Origin: Candidatus Zambryskibacteria bacterium CG10_big_fil_rev_8_21_14_0_10_42_12
GTDB lineage: Bacteria > Patescibacteriota > Minisyncoccia > Phycocordibacterales > 1-14-0-10-42-12
Assembly: GCA_002787695.1 (NCBI GenBank)
Contig: PCXL01000011.1
Span: forward strand, 61,155 to 125,154
Reading direction: 5' to 3'
DNA: 64,000 bases
How positions within the stretch are numbered: position 1 is the stretch's first letter; every line of letters starts with the position of its first letter. The position numbers and the translations under genes are program-made. The notes under the pieces are model-generated. The model did no database searches. It was not told the origin of the DNA and worked only from the letters and a program-made list of their open reading frames with translations. Below, piece by piece: positions 1-7,581 of this stretch.

Positions 1-1082
1 GATCCTGCTTCCGCTACTTTTTCTGCAAGCTTTTCTCGAAGATACTTGCTTGCCATAACACCTCCACCAAATGCACATGATTGTGCACCAGATTCGACCA
101 AAGCCTTGAAGAGCTTTGTGGTGAGCACATCGGCGACAGCTTCTTCAAATTCTCTCGCAAGACCCGCCTGCCATTCGGCTTGAGCCGTCAGGCGATTGGC
201 GGGCAGGCCCGCTTTTTCATCCTCACTAAATTCATTATCTCTCACTGCATAGAGCACTGCTGTCTTGAGTCCAGAAAAAGAAAAGTCTAGATCAGGTGTA
301 CCAATCATAGGTCGAGGAAGTTCTACGGGTGAAGGAATCTGTTCTACCCGTGCTCGTTCGGCGAGGCGTCCGATTTCCGGACCGCCGGGATATGAAAGAC
401 CCAAGAGGCGCGCAGTCTTGTCATAGGCTTCACCGACCGCATCGTCGCGTGTTTTGCCGACTATAGTATATGAACCCCAAGAATCCATGTGAATAATCTC
501 TGTGTGTCCACCAGAGACGAGGAGAGTTGTCATGGGGAAGTTTGGTGTCTTGATGACATTATTTTCAAACAGGGCAGAGACGAGGTGTCCCTCCATGTGA
601 TTCACCGGAATAACTTCGACATGAGGCCAGAGCACTTTGAGTGCATGGGCAAAATTGATACCGACCCAAAGCGCCGGTTCGAGCCCTGGGCCTTGCGTGA
701 TGGCAATCACATCAATTCCCTCACCACTTACCCCGAGTAAGTGTTGCACAATATGTTCATAGAGATCAGGTTCACGTTCGAGCACTTTCTGAATTTTTTC
801 TTTTGTCTCGATGCTTGCTTCGATCTGTGTTTTAAAGAGTTCATTTTCTTTTTCTTTACTCTCCGCAATCACTTTCAGCATTACTGGAACCAGGTTCAAT
901 CCATGCTCGCGTTTTGCAAGTGCTGGAAATACTCCCCCGAATTCGGCGTGTAGATTTGCTTGTGAATGCACGATATGTGCCAAAACATCGACAGATATGC
1001 CCGTATCTGTTTTGTGCGTTCGTATGAGTGCAATCGAAGTTTCGTCACAGCTTGTCTCTATAGATAGAATAGTTTTTTGCAT
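1..1082 (-). CDS. tsaD: tRNA N6-adenosine threonylcarbamoyltransferase TsaD (Kae1/Gcp family); C-terminus runs off the window edge
   Basis: Minus-strand translation from ATG at 1082: MQKTILSIETSCDETSIAL...HMEGH...LLVSGGHTEII...VGKTRDDAVGEAYDKTARLLGL...GGGVMASKY. These are canonical TsaD motifs. It has no stop within the window, so it is absent from the ORF track. Confidence 0.9.
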   Translation of the reverse strand, partial: MQKTILSIETSCDETSIALIRTHKTDTGISVDVLAHIVHSQANLHAEFGGVFPALAKREHGLNLVPVMLKVIAESKEKENELFKTQIEASIETKEKIQKVLEREPDLYEHIVQHLLGVSGEGIDVIAITQGPGLEPALWVGINFAHALKVLWPHVEVIPVNHMEGHLVSALFENNVIKTPNFPMTTLLVSGGHTEIIHMDSWGSYTIVGKTRDDAVGEAYDKTARLLGLSYPGGPEIGRLAERARVEQIPSPVELPRPMIGTPDLDFSFSGLKTAVLYAVRDNEFSEDEKAGLPANRLTAQAEWQAGLAREFEEAVADVLTTKLFKALVESGAQSCAFGGGVMASKYLREKLAEKVAEAG

Positions 1083-1127
1083 ACTTTTTGTGCGCGGTGA
1101 GGGACTCCCCGCCTGCCAACGCCTGAA

Positions 1128-1195
1128 GTCGTAGACAATAGCGGGCAGGGAACCCCCGGCATCAACAACGTCAATGTTGCGCTCTACCAACTGAC
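1128..1195 (-). pseudogene. Degenerate tRNA-Val(GAC)-like copy (D-arm and anticodon arm recognisable; acceptor and T arms do not fold canonically)
   Basis: The minus strand reads GGGTCAGTTGGTAGAGCGCAACATTGACGTTGTTG. It has a D-loop like AGTTGGTAGAGC and an anticodon stem CAACA/TGTTG with loop TTGACGT (anticodon GAC), but no acceptable T-arm. It lies directly 3' of the intact tRNA-Val and is bounded by 17-bp direct repeats CCGCCTGCCAACGCCTG at 1109-1125 and 1196-1212. Confidence 0.35.
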
Positions 1196-1210
1196 CCGCC
1201 TGCCAACGCC

Positions 1211-1285
1211 TGGTGATCCTTGGTGGGATCGAACCACCGACCTTTTCGATGTCAACGAAACGCTCTACCACTGAGCTAAAGGATC
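1211..1285 (-). tRNA. tRNA-Val (anticodon GAC)
   Basis: Minus strand: GATCCTTTAGCTCAGTGGTAGAGCGTTTCGTTGACATCGAAAAGGTCGGTGGTTCGATCCCACCAAGGATCACCA. It forms a cloverleaf with anticodon loop TTGACAT and an encoded CCA. Confidence 0.85.
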
Positions 1286-1358
1286 GTATGCATGGCGGGC
1301 AGCTAACCGCGCAGAACGGGGCTATAGTATCGTTTCTGGCTGTATATTTCAAATGGTA

Positions 1359-1769
1359 TTAATCTTCGTACGCAAGTACCACAAGTGCTGAAAACGCGAG
1401 AGTGAGGTTCTTTACAACAAATTCTCCGGCGAGTGAAAGCACGGGGAAATATGGATCAAATACGACGTGCCAGCCGTAGAGAAACGTTGAGAATGTCCCG
1501 GCAAGGTGCGCGACAAGAAGTACATGAGTAAGGCTGCGCGCTTTGTTGATGAGGATCATGATTCCCAAAATAGTTTCTATGATGCCGAGCGTGATGAGGC
1601 CTGCACCGTCTGAAAACCAGGGCACCATAGAGTGGTAAACCAAATCAAAGACAGGATTGAATCCAAATATTTTAAGCAATCCAAACCATATGAAAATAAT
1701 AGCGAGCGTGAGCCTCAGAGCGGTTAATAGATGGTGTTTATGCGGAGATGTTTTTAACATTTTTTCCAT
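1359..1769 (-). CDS. Small polytopic membrane protein, DUF417/YkgB(RclC)-like
   Basis: 136 aa with about four TM helices. N-terminal LRLTLAIIFIWFGLLKIFG resembles the YkgB-family signature. Assignment is from memory of the family. Confidence 0.45.
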   Translation of the reverse strand: MEKMLKTSPHKHHLLTALRLTLAIIFIWFGLLKIFGFNPVFDLVYHSMVPWFSDGAGLITLGIIETILGIMILINKARSLTHVLLVAHLAGTFSTFLYGWHVVFDPYFPVLSLAGEFVVKNLTLAFSALVVLAYED

Positions 1770-1850
1770 AAGAAATATTATATCAATTTAAAGGGTCGCT
1801 ATTTGGGGATTTGTCCCAACATTTCTGTCTAACATAAATCTCACCTTCAT

Positions 1851-1898
1851 CCTGTATACGTTTATTTTATGCTATAGCATAAAATAAACGTATACAGG
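1851..1898. terminator. Perfect 48-bp palindrome (24/24 bp arms, no loop) in the intergenic region
   Basis: CCTGTATACGTTTATTTTATGCTA|TAGCATAAAATAAACGTATACAGG. It lies between the stop of the 1916-2218 gene and the start of the 1359-1769 gene, both on the minus strand. It is either a terminator-like hairpin or a dyad operator. Confidence 0.5.
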
Positions 1899-1915
1899 TG
1901 AAAGAATGTGACCAG

Positions 1916-2218
1916 TTACTTCTTTGATTTTCTGGAGAGTACAAATTTTTGCGAGGGGCTTGCCGGCTTGTCTCTGCGATGAATGCAGCCGGCCCAACAG
2001 CAGGGGCGACGCTTACCTTTGGCAAGGTCACTGACCGCGCGTTTTATATGCTGTGTGCGTGTTTCTGCTTTTTTGACCGATATTACCCAACAGATCCATT
2101 CATTTCGTGCGAGCGGTGTAATATCTTCCCATACCCTTTGTGCTTTTGCTGAAGCAGAAAGTGCTTTCTGGAGATCGGCAGGGAGTTTGTGAGCTACGCC
2201 ATCTGAGAGTTTAGGCAT
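1916..2218 (-). CDS. YdeI/OmpD-associated (OmdA, bacteriocin-protection) family protein
   Basis: 100 aa. PADLQKAL...NEWICWVISVKKAETRTQHIKRAVSDLAKGK matches the P-DL-AL...WI..AKK.ETR..RI...LA.GK pattern of this family. Confidence 0.6.
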   Translation of the reverse strand: MPKLSDGVAHKLPADLQKALSASAKAQRVWEDITPLARNEWICWVISVKKAETRTQHIKRAVSDLAKGKRRPCCWAGCIHRRDKPASPSQKFVLSRKSKK

Positions 2219-2336
2219 ATATTGATTTTAGCAAATATACAAGCCGTCTCGAGTTGGAACTGTGGGAGGCCTTGTCCAGCTTGGTGGATTCAACGACATT
2301 GTAAACTCAATTTGATAGTGTCTCGTGCGTAACTCT

Positions 2337-2693
2337 CTAGATGATAGTTTCAGGATTTATAATTGCTTTAGATGGCACACCTTTCTTTTTTAATTCTTCC
2401 ATAATGATTGATATGACAGACATTTGCATACTCATGCCCATTTCTTTTGTTTTTATAGCACCTTCTGTTTGTAATATTGAAAAAGTGAAGTCAGTGAGAT
2501 TATCCAAGTAAGATATACGTTCATTCATTACCTCTTTTGCTCCATTTGGATTAAATGTTGCATACCTAATTTTAAGCATCTCATTCATAACATCTTGGAT
2601 AGTTTTCTCAGAAGAACTTAGTTTAAGATAGTTTTTTGCTACCCATCGTGCGGTTGAGCCAGTAGCTCCAAATTTAAGGATGAATTTCAACAT
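2337..2693 (-). CDS. Hypothetical protein
   Basis: A 118-aa ORF with no recognisable motifs. The coding call rests on ORF length and composition only. Confidence 0.35.
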   Translation of the reverse strand: MLKFILKFGATGSTARWVAKNYLKLSSSEKTIQDVMNEMLKIRYATFNPNGAKEVMNERISYLDNLTDFTFSILQTEGAIKTKEMGMSMQMSVISIIMEELKKKGVPSKAIINPETII

Positions 2694-2731
2694 AATCTTA
2701 TTGTATCACTAGCATCTCATGCTATCTGTTA

Positions 2732-2770
2732 ATGCGGAGAGGGAGGGAATTTCTCCCTCGACTTAAAACT
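2732..2770 (-). repeat. Partial duplicate of the tRNA-Ser 3' end (T-stem plus acceptor 3' strand, T-loop altered)
   Basis: Plus-strand ATGCGGAGAGGGAGGGA at 2732-2748 is identical to 2912-2928 at the tRNA-Ser 3' end. The six-base T-loop is then different (AATTTC against TTCGAA), followed by the conserved CCCTCG. On the minus strand this gives GAGGG-AGAAATT-CCCTC-CCTCTCC-GCA preceded by a 14-bp-stem hairpin. Confidence 0.5.
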
Positions 2771-2865
2771 TTTTCGTCAAAAAGTTTTAGTCTGGGCACC
2801 GGCTCGCGTACAGGCACTACTGTGCCTGACTTCGTACGCTCCGCCGTTCGAATCCCACCTCATCC

Positions 2866-2898
2866 GTAAAACAAAAGTCGCCCGATGCTACGCATCGG
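2866..2898 (-). terminator. Rho-independent terminator 3' of tRNA-Ser
   Basis: Minus strand CCGATGCGTAGCATCGG (7-bp stem) followed by GCGACTTTTGTTTTA. Confidence 0.5.
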
Positions 2899-2914
2899 AC
2901 TCCTTTGTTTTATG

Positions 2915-3001
2915 CGGAGAGGGAGGGATTCGAACCCTCGGTACGGTTTCCCGTACACCGCGTTTCGAGTGCGGCACATTCGACCACTCTGTCACCTCTC
3001 C
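2915..3001 (-). tRNA. tRNA-Ser (anticodon CGA), type II with long variable arm
   Basis: Minus strand: GGAGAGGTGACAGAGTGGTCGAATGTGCCGCACTCGAAACGCGGTGTACGGGAAACCGTACCGAGGGTTCGAATCCCTCCCTCTCCG. It has anticodon loop CTCGAAA, variable-arm hairpin GTACGG-GAAA-CCGTAC, and T-arm GAGGG/CCCTC. Confidence 0.8.
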
Positions 3002-3070
3002 GTGCAATCTAGAACACTATCATATCTTTTGCATTTTTGGTCAAAAATGATATAGTTTCTGCCGTATTTT

Positions 3071-3142
3071 GGCCCTATCGTCTAACGGTTAGGACATCGG
3101 CTTTTCAAGCCGGTAATCGGGGTTCGATTCCCCGTAGGGTCA
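3071..3142 (+). tRNA. tRNA-Glu (anticodon TTC)
   Basis: GGCCCTATCGTCTAACGGTTAGGACATCGGCTTTTCAAGCCGGTAATCGGGGTTCGATTCCCCGTAGGGTCA. It has anticodon loop TTTTCAA and T-loop TTCGATT. Confidence 0.9.
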
Positions 3143-3200
3143 CATGAAAAATGAAGAGGCTCCCGCAAGGGAGCTTTTTCATGTGACCCTACGGGCAGAA
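3143..3200. terminator. Compound hairpin terminator after tRNA-Glu; its outer stem is an inverted copy of the tRNA 3' end
   Basis: GGGTCACATGAAAAA-TGAAGAG-GCTCCC-GCAA-GGGAGC-TTTTTCATGTGACCC. The inner 6-bp stem plus T-run is flanked by a 15-bp outer inverted repeat. Confidence 0.6.
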
Positions 3201-3330
3201 AGGGGTCGGGGAAACTGGGTGTTTCCCCGTGGAGGAAGGCAGTGAGTCCTCGAACGTTGGAAAACCGTGGGTTTCCAAGGTCTCGTAAGGGTCAATGAAA
3301 AATTATCTGTGACCGAAAGTGTATTCACGT

Positions 3331-3348
3331 TTCCCCGTAGGGTCACAT
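3331..3348 (+). repeat. 18-nt perfect direct repeat of the tRNA-Glu 3' end (TTCCCCGTAGGGTCACAT)
   Basis: Identical to 3128-3145. The two copies bracket a 185-bp hairpin-rich segment at 3146-3330. Confidence 0.8.
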
Positions 3349-3391
3349 CAGGACTGATATTCTCGATAGATAATTATGATATATTTTCTTC

Positions 3392-4222
3392 ATGAAAATA
3401 TATCGCTATGTTATAGATGGGCTTGTGATACTCCTGGCACTCTTTGTTTTTGGTCCACATTTGTATTATCTCTTGCCGTATGACTACGTAGACACAACTC
3501 TTCCGGACGATGTTGCCGATTATAATATTGCGATGTATACGTACCTGGAAAGTTTACCTCAAGATTTCCAGACATTACTCGCAGAGCCAACTGGTCTCAC
3601 TGGTACGCAGCGCTTTCGCACACAGGAAAATCGAAGCTTATTATCGGCAGAAGAAGTGTATGAACAGAGCAAGGACAGTGTGGTGATTATCGAGACGATG
3701 GATATGTATGGAGACCCATATAGTGGCGGCGGTGTTGTGCTGTCATCTGATGGGCTGATTGTCACGAGTTATCATCAATTGCAGGATGCAGAAAAAGTTG
3801 CAGTTTCACTTTATGATGGCAGCATTGTCAAAGTCACCGATGTGGTTGCATACGACGAAGCGCTCGATATTGCATTTATAAAGATCGATAGTGTCGATCT
3901 GCAGCCGATGCCGATAGGAGACAGTGCGCTACTTTCGATCGGTGAGCGAGTCTACTCCATCGGGCATCCTGAAGGATTTCATCACTCGTTTGCAGAGGGT
4001 GTGGTCAGTGGTATCCGTGACTATTCGTCTAGAGGTGAAGGGATACAGATCCAGATGACGAATCCGATTTCAGCAGGGAATAGTGGTGGCGCGTTGCTCA
4101 ATACCTATGGCGAGCTTGTGGGTATTCCATCGTGGTCTCTTGAATACGAAGACAATATCGTCTCTATCCAAAACCTCAATTTCTCCATCCCGATCAGGGA
4201 GGCGCTCGGAATTTTAGAATAA
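3392..4222 (+). CDS. Trypsin-like serine protease (S1C/HtrA-like protease domain, no PDZ), N-terminal membrane anchor
   Basis: Catalytic triad context: TSYHQL (His), DIAFIKI (Asp), GNSGGAL (Ser). 276 aa. Confidence 0.85.
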   Translation: MKIYRYVIDGLVILLALFVFGPHLYYLLPYDYVDTTLPDDVADYNIAMYTYLESLPQDFQTLLAEPTGLTGTQRFRTQENRSLLSAEEVYEQSKDSVVIIETMDMYGDPYSGGGVVLSSDGLIVTSYHQLQDAEKVAVSLYDGSIVKVTDVVAYDEALDIAFIKIDSVDLQPMPIGDSALLSIGERVYSIGHPEGFHHSFAEGVVSGIRDYSSRGEGIQIQMTNPISAGNSGGALLNTYGELVGIPSWSLEYEDNIVSIQNLNFSIPIREALGILE

Positions 4223-4348
4223 GTCCAAACCTTGAAAATACGGCTTTATAAAAGAAAATTTTGTTTTTATATATTATAAAGAGCTTAAATCAGGAGTCGT
4301 CTTTTTTATTGATAAAGTTTATTTTTTGGACTAATATCCATAATACAG

Positions 4349-5671
4349 ATGAATACCAATCAACATCAAAAAAATTATGAGGTGAAACTACCCAGAATAA
4401 TGACGATCGTTTTAAGCATTGCTTCTTATTATAGAAAAACATATTTTAATACTAATGACTTAGCTATATTAGGAAACAAATATAAGCAGGATATAATACG
4501 CACCAGGAAAGATAAGGAGCACTATGCTTTTGCGAATGACACGAATTTCGGCGGAATTAGAGGTAATCTCGCTACTTTGTTGACTTGGAAGGGGGTTATT
4601 AAAAAAGATAATAGATTAGTTAATGCGTATTCTGTTGGCAGAAATGAACAAATAGTTAATGCTGTTGCTAGTGGAAAAATTATGCTTGATCTGACAAACG
4701 ACAAAGCTCATACACAGAATGAGAATCTTTTAAAATTATTGAAGGCTGAGATTTACTTAAGGTCAGTCAGGGAAGGTCAGGCACATATAAAAACATTTAT
4801 AAAGAACAATAACCATATTGGTTTTGGGAGAGATCTTGAGTTTCCAAAAACTTCTGTAGTAAAGACCAGTAAAGGTGTATGTTTTTTGAGGGCAATTGTT
4901 AATAATTTTGTAGATAGTAAAAATGAAGTTCTTAGTTATAGAATAGTCGATTTATGGTCTTCTAAAAAAATTTTAAAAGCTAATATTCATGTCTTATTTG
5001 TTGTTCCTAGAGGTAGTGACTATTGGTGTTCTATCTATGCTTTGTCTTTGGAGGAACTGTGGATCAATAAACCTGCAATTATAAATATAAACTTACTAAA
5101 CAAAAAATGTTTTGATGACATTGGAAAAGAGTATGAATTAAGAAAATTAGATTATGCGATAAATAATTTTACGAAAAGAGATGCAAATATAAATTTGCGT
5201 ATAGGGTATGATCCAAGAGAATTTTTAATTAGATATGTTATTGATGAAACAAAAAATAAGAGAATAAGGGAAAGTGAATTTAGTTTGTTTACCAAGAATT
5301 TCTTGAATTGGAATCCGAGAATAAAAATTAATAATGTGGAGGTGTGTAACATTATTGAATCAAGTTCTGGTGGTGTTGATCTGACACTCCAGTTTGTTAA
5401 TGGATCTGAGGCAAAGGTTGAGCTTGAGCATAATTGGAAAAATTATATTGATCATGGTCATCATACTAGTAACGCATGGTCAAAATGTTGGTTGTATGCT
5501 GATGAGCAGTGGGATTTCGATAATATAAAAAATATTTTTCAAACACATTTTAAAAAGCACGGAGACCGTGTTCCAACAACATTTCTAACTAAAATAGATG
5601 GTAAACAAAAGATATTTAGAGTTGATTGGCATACTCTTGATGTTTCGGAAATCGATATTACAAATTATTGA
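4349..5671 (+). CDS. Putative restriction endonuclease of the adjacent R-M system (no recognisable family; C-terminal D...EAK PD-(D/E)XK-like motif)
   Basis: A 440-aa ORF in a strongly AT-rich block of roughly 30% GC. It is convergent with, and ends 6 bp inside, a two-methyltransferase operon. The C-terminal GGVDLTLQFVNGSEAKVELEH resembles a PD-(D/E)XK core. The call is by genomic context. Confidence 0.4.
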   Translation: MNTNQHQKNYEVKLPRIMTIVLSIASYYRKTYFNTNDLAILGNKYKQDIIRTRKDKEHYAFANDTNFGGIRGNLATLLTWKGVIKKDNRLVNAYSVGRNEQIVNAVASGKIMLDLTNDKAHTQNENLLKLLKAEIYLRSVREGQAHIKTFIKNNNHIGFGRDLEFPKTSVVKTSKGVCFLRAIVNNFVDSKNEVLSYRIVDLWSSKKILKANIHVLFVVPRGSDYWCSIYALSLEELWINKPAIININLLNKKCFDDIGKEYELRKLDYAINNFTKRDANINLRIGYDPREFLIRYVIDETKNKRIRESEFSLFTKNFLNWNPRIKINNVEVCNIIESSSGGVDLTLQFVNGSEAKVELEHNWKNYIDHGHHTSNAWSKCWLYADEQWDFDNIKNIFQTHFKKHGDRVPTTFLTKIDGKQKIFRVDWHTLDVSEIDITNY

Positions 5672-6414
5672 TTTGTGATTTTCTTTATGTTTTTCAATTC
5701 TTTTAGTCTATTGATCATAATTGCGTAGTATTCACTATCTTTTTCTATACTTATACTATTTCTCTCTAGGTCATTTGCAACTTTTGTTATTGTTCCACTA
5801 CCAGCAAAACAGTCTAAAATCAGATCGTTTTTATTGGTGAAAATTTTAATTAGAAATTCAATAACTTTCTCAGGTTTTTGTGTAGGGTGTTTTGTTCTTT
5901 CTTTTCCCATACATATCGGTGTTTCTATAAAATTATGCATCTCTCTTTGGTTGCTAAAGTTGAAAGTGTAGCTGATTTTTTTATTATCGAAACCGTTCGT
6001 TGCCCATACAATTGCCTCATTGGAAGACAAAAAACCATTTTTTCTAATTTGTGGTGCCGGATTTGTTTTATGCCAAATTATTGTTGCATGATGTGAAAAA
6101 CCTAACGATTCGTAGATCCGCTTAATATCACTTATATATTCTAACTTACAGAATAAAACTAAATTACCATTTTCCTTTAAAACTTTTTTAATCTCACTTA
6201 CCCACTTTCTGGTAAAAACCAAGAATTCATCATCTTTAAAATAGTCCCATTCTCCAAAATCAGAAGAAAGAGCTTTTCTACCTTTCAATAATTTCGTATT
6301 TTTATTGGCAGTATTGTAGGGAGGATCCACAATAACGGCATCAACTTTTCTTTTGATTTTACCTAGGGAGTTAAAAACATCTCCAAGGATTAGTGTGTGT
6401 TTGTTCTTTTTCAT
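5665..6414 (-). CDS. Site-specific DNA methyltransferase (beta-class N6A/N4C, DPPY motif before FxGxG)
   Basis: VIVDPPYN (motif IV), HPTQKP, DCFAGSGTT (motif I) at the C-terminus. Its start codon overlaps the stop of the upstream methyltransferase (TAATG), indicating translational coupling. Confidence 0.85.
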   Translation of the reverse strand: MKKNKHTLILGDVFNSLGKIKRKVDAVIVDPPYNTANKNTKLLKGRKALSSDFGEWDYFKDDEFLVFTRKWVSEIKKVLKENGNLVLFCKLEYISDIKRIYESLGFSHHATIIWHKTNPAPQIRKNGFLSSNEAIVWATNGFDNKKISYTFNFSNQREMHNFIETPICMGKERTKHPTQKPEKVIEFLIKIFTNKNDLILDCFAGSGTITKVANDLERNSISIEKDSEYYAIMINRLKELKNIKKITNQ

Positions 6415-7343
6415 TAGGTTTTATTTTTTATTCTATCAATCGACATCTTGTAGAACGCGTTGTCTATTTCGCATCCAGAGTAAAACCTGTTCATTCTTTT
6501 GGCTACCACAGCAGTGGTACCAGATCCGAGAAAAGGGTCGAAAACAATGTCACCGCTGTTTGTTGTTGATTTAATAATTCTTTCTAGTAACCACTCAGGT
6601 TTCTGTGTTGGGTGTATCTTCTTTCCTCCAAAAGTTTTACCTTTTGGCCAAATAGATCTCATTTGCTTGCCATCATTGTCTTTTTTCATTAAATCATAAT
6701 TGAAAATATTCCCCTTTCCTTTTCTGGCCCAAATAAAATTTTCGTGATCTGCTACGAATCTAGTACAAGACAAATTGGGTGTCGCATCTGTTTTATGCCA
6801 CAAGATTTCATTTAATAATTCAAAGCCAGTTTTTTCTAATAAATAACCGGTCGTATAAATACTGTGATAAGTTCCTGCCACCCATATTGCTCCATTTTTT
6901 TTCAAAATACGGAATGCCTCGTCTATCCATTTTTTCGTAAATAGTTCATAATTATCGATTATGTCCCAAAGACCTTTATTAGTATATAGGTCTTTGCCAC
7001 CTGATTTTGTAAATTTAATTTTAAAATTGCTTTTACTGAGATTATAAGGGGGGTCTGCAAAAATGAGGTCTATAGACTCGTCTTCTATTGAGCTCATTAT
7101 CTTTATGCAGTCATCGTTAAAAATCTTATTCTTGAGCCCGTCTTTTGTTATTTTATCTCTCGCCTCTTTTTTAGGTTTTTTAGAGAGGGTAAGTAGATAT
7201 GCTAATGAATCTTTTTCAATTCTTCTGGCACCTCCAATTTTAATAGAAGGAATTATATTTTTAGATATGTATCTTTTTATAGTTATTTCAGACACATTTA
7301 AAAAATCAGAAGCTTCTTTTATTGTGTAAAAATTTGGCTGCAT
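6414..7343 (-). CDS. Site-specific DNA methyltransferase (beta-class) with N-terminal HTH domain
   Basis: N-terminal MQPNFYTIKEASDFLNVSEITIKRYI (HTH). IFADPPYN, HPTQKP, DPFLGSGTT. Confidence 0.85.
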   Translation of the reverse strand: MQPNFYTIKEASDFLNVSEITIKRYISKNIIPSIKIGGARRIEKDSLAYLLTLSKKPKKEARDKITKDGLKNKIFNDDCIKIMSSIEDESIDLIFADPPYNLSKSNFKIKFTKSGGKDLYTNKGLWDIIDNYELFTKKWIDEAFRILKKNGAIWVAGTYHSIYTTGYLLEKTGFELLNEILWHKTDATPNLSCTRFVADHENFIWARKGKGNIFNYDLMKKDNDGKQMRSIWPKGKTFGGKKIHPTQKPEWLLERIIKSTTNSGDIVFDPFLGSGTTAVVAKRMNRFYSGCEIDNAFYKMSIDRIKNKT

Positions 7344-7581
7344 TGTTTTTATCTAAGCTCGTAAAAGTATCAATTGGTATCAATTTTAGCAGTAATGGGT
7401 ATTTTGGTATGGGGATAACGTTTGTAGGTTAAAACCAAGTATAAATTTAGGGGAGGTTTTAGCAGTGGTGTAAAAATATTGGTGGTACATATCTTTGGCA
7501 TGAACAAATTCGCGATAGGAGGTCTTTATATTGTGATCCTACGAAGCATTTAACGGAGAATTGTGATATAACGCTTATATT

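Noticed and set aside
2734-2875. Possible tmRNA (ssrA) or intron-containing tRNA: the minus-strand segment starts GGATGAGGTGGGATTCGAACGG, which resembles the tmRNA 5' end, and ends with a T-arm/acceptor
   Set aside because: It is only about 140 nt, far short of the roughly 350 nt needed for pseudoknots and a tag ORF. No plausible tag-peptide reading frame ends in Ala-Ala. The T-loop is non-canonical (AGAAATT). It is better explained as a tRNA-Ser-derived partial copy.
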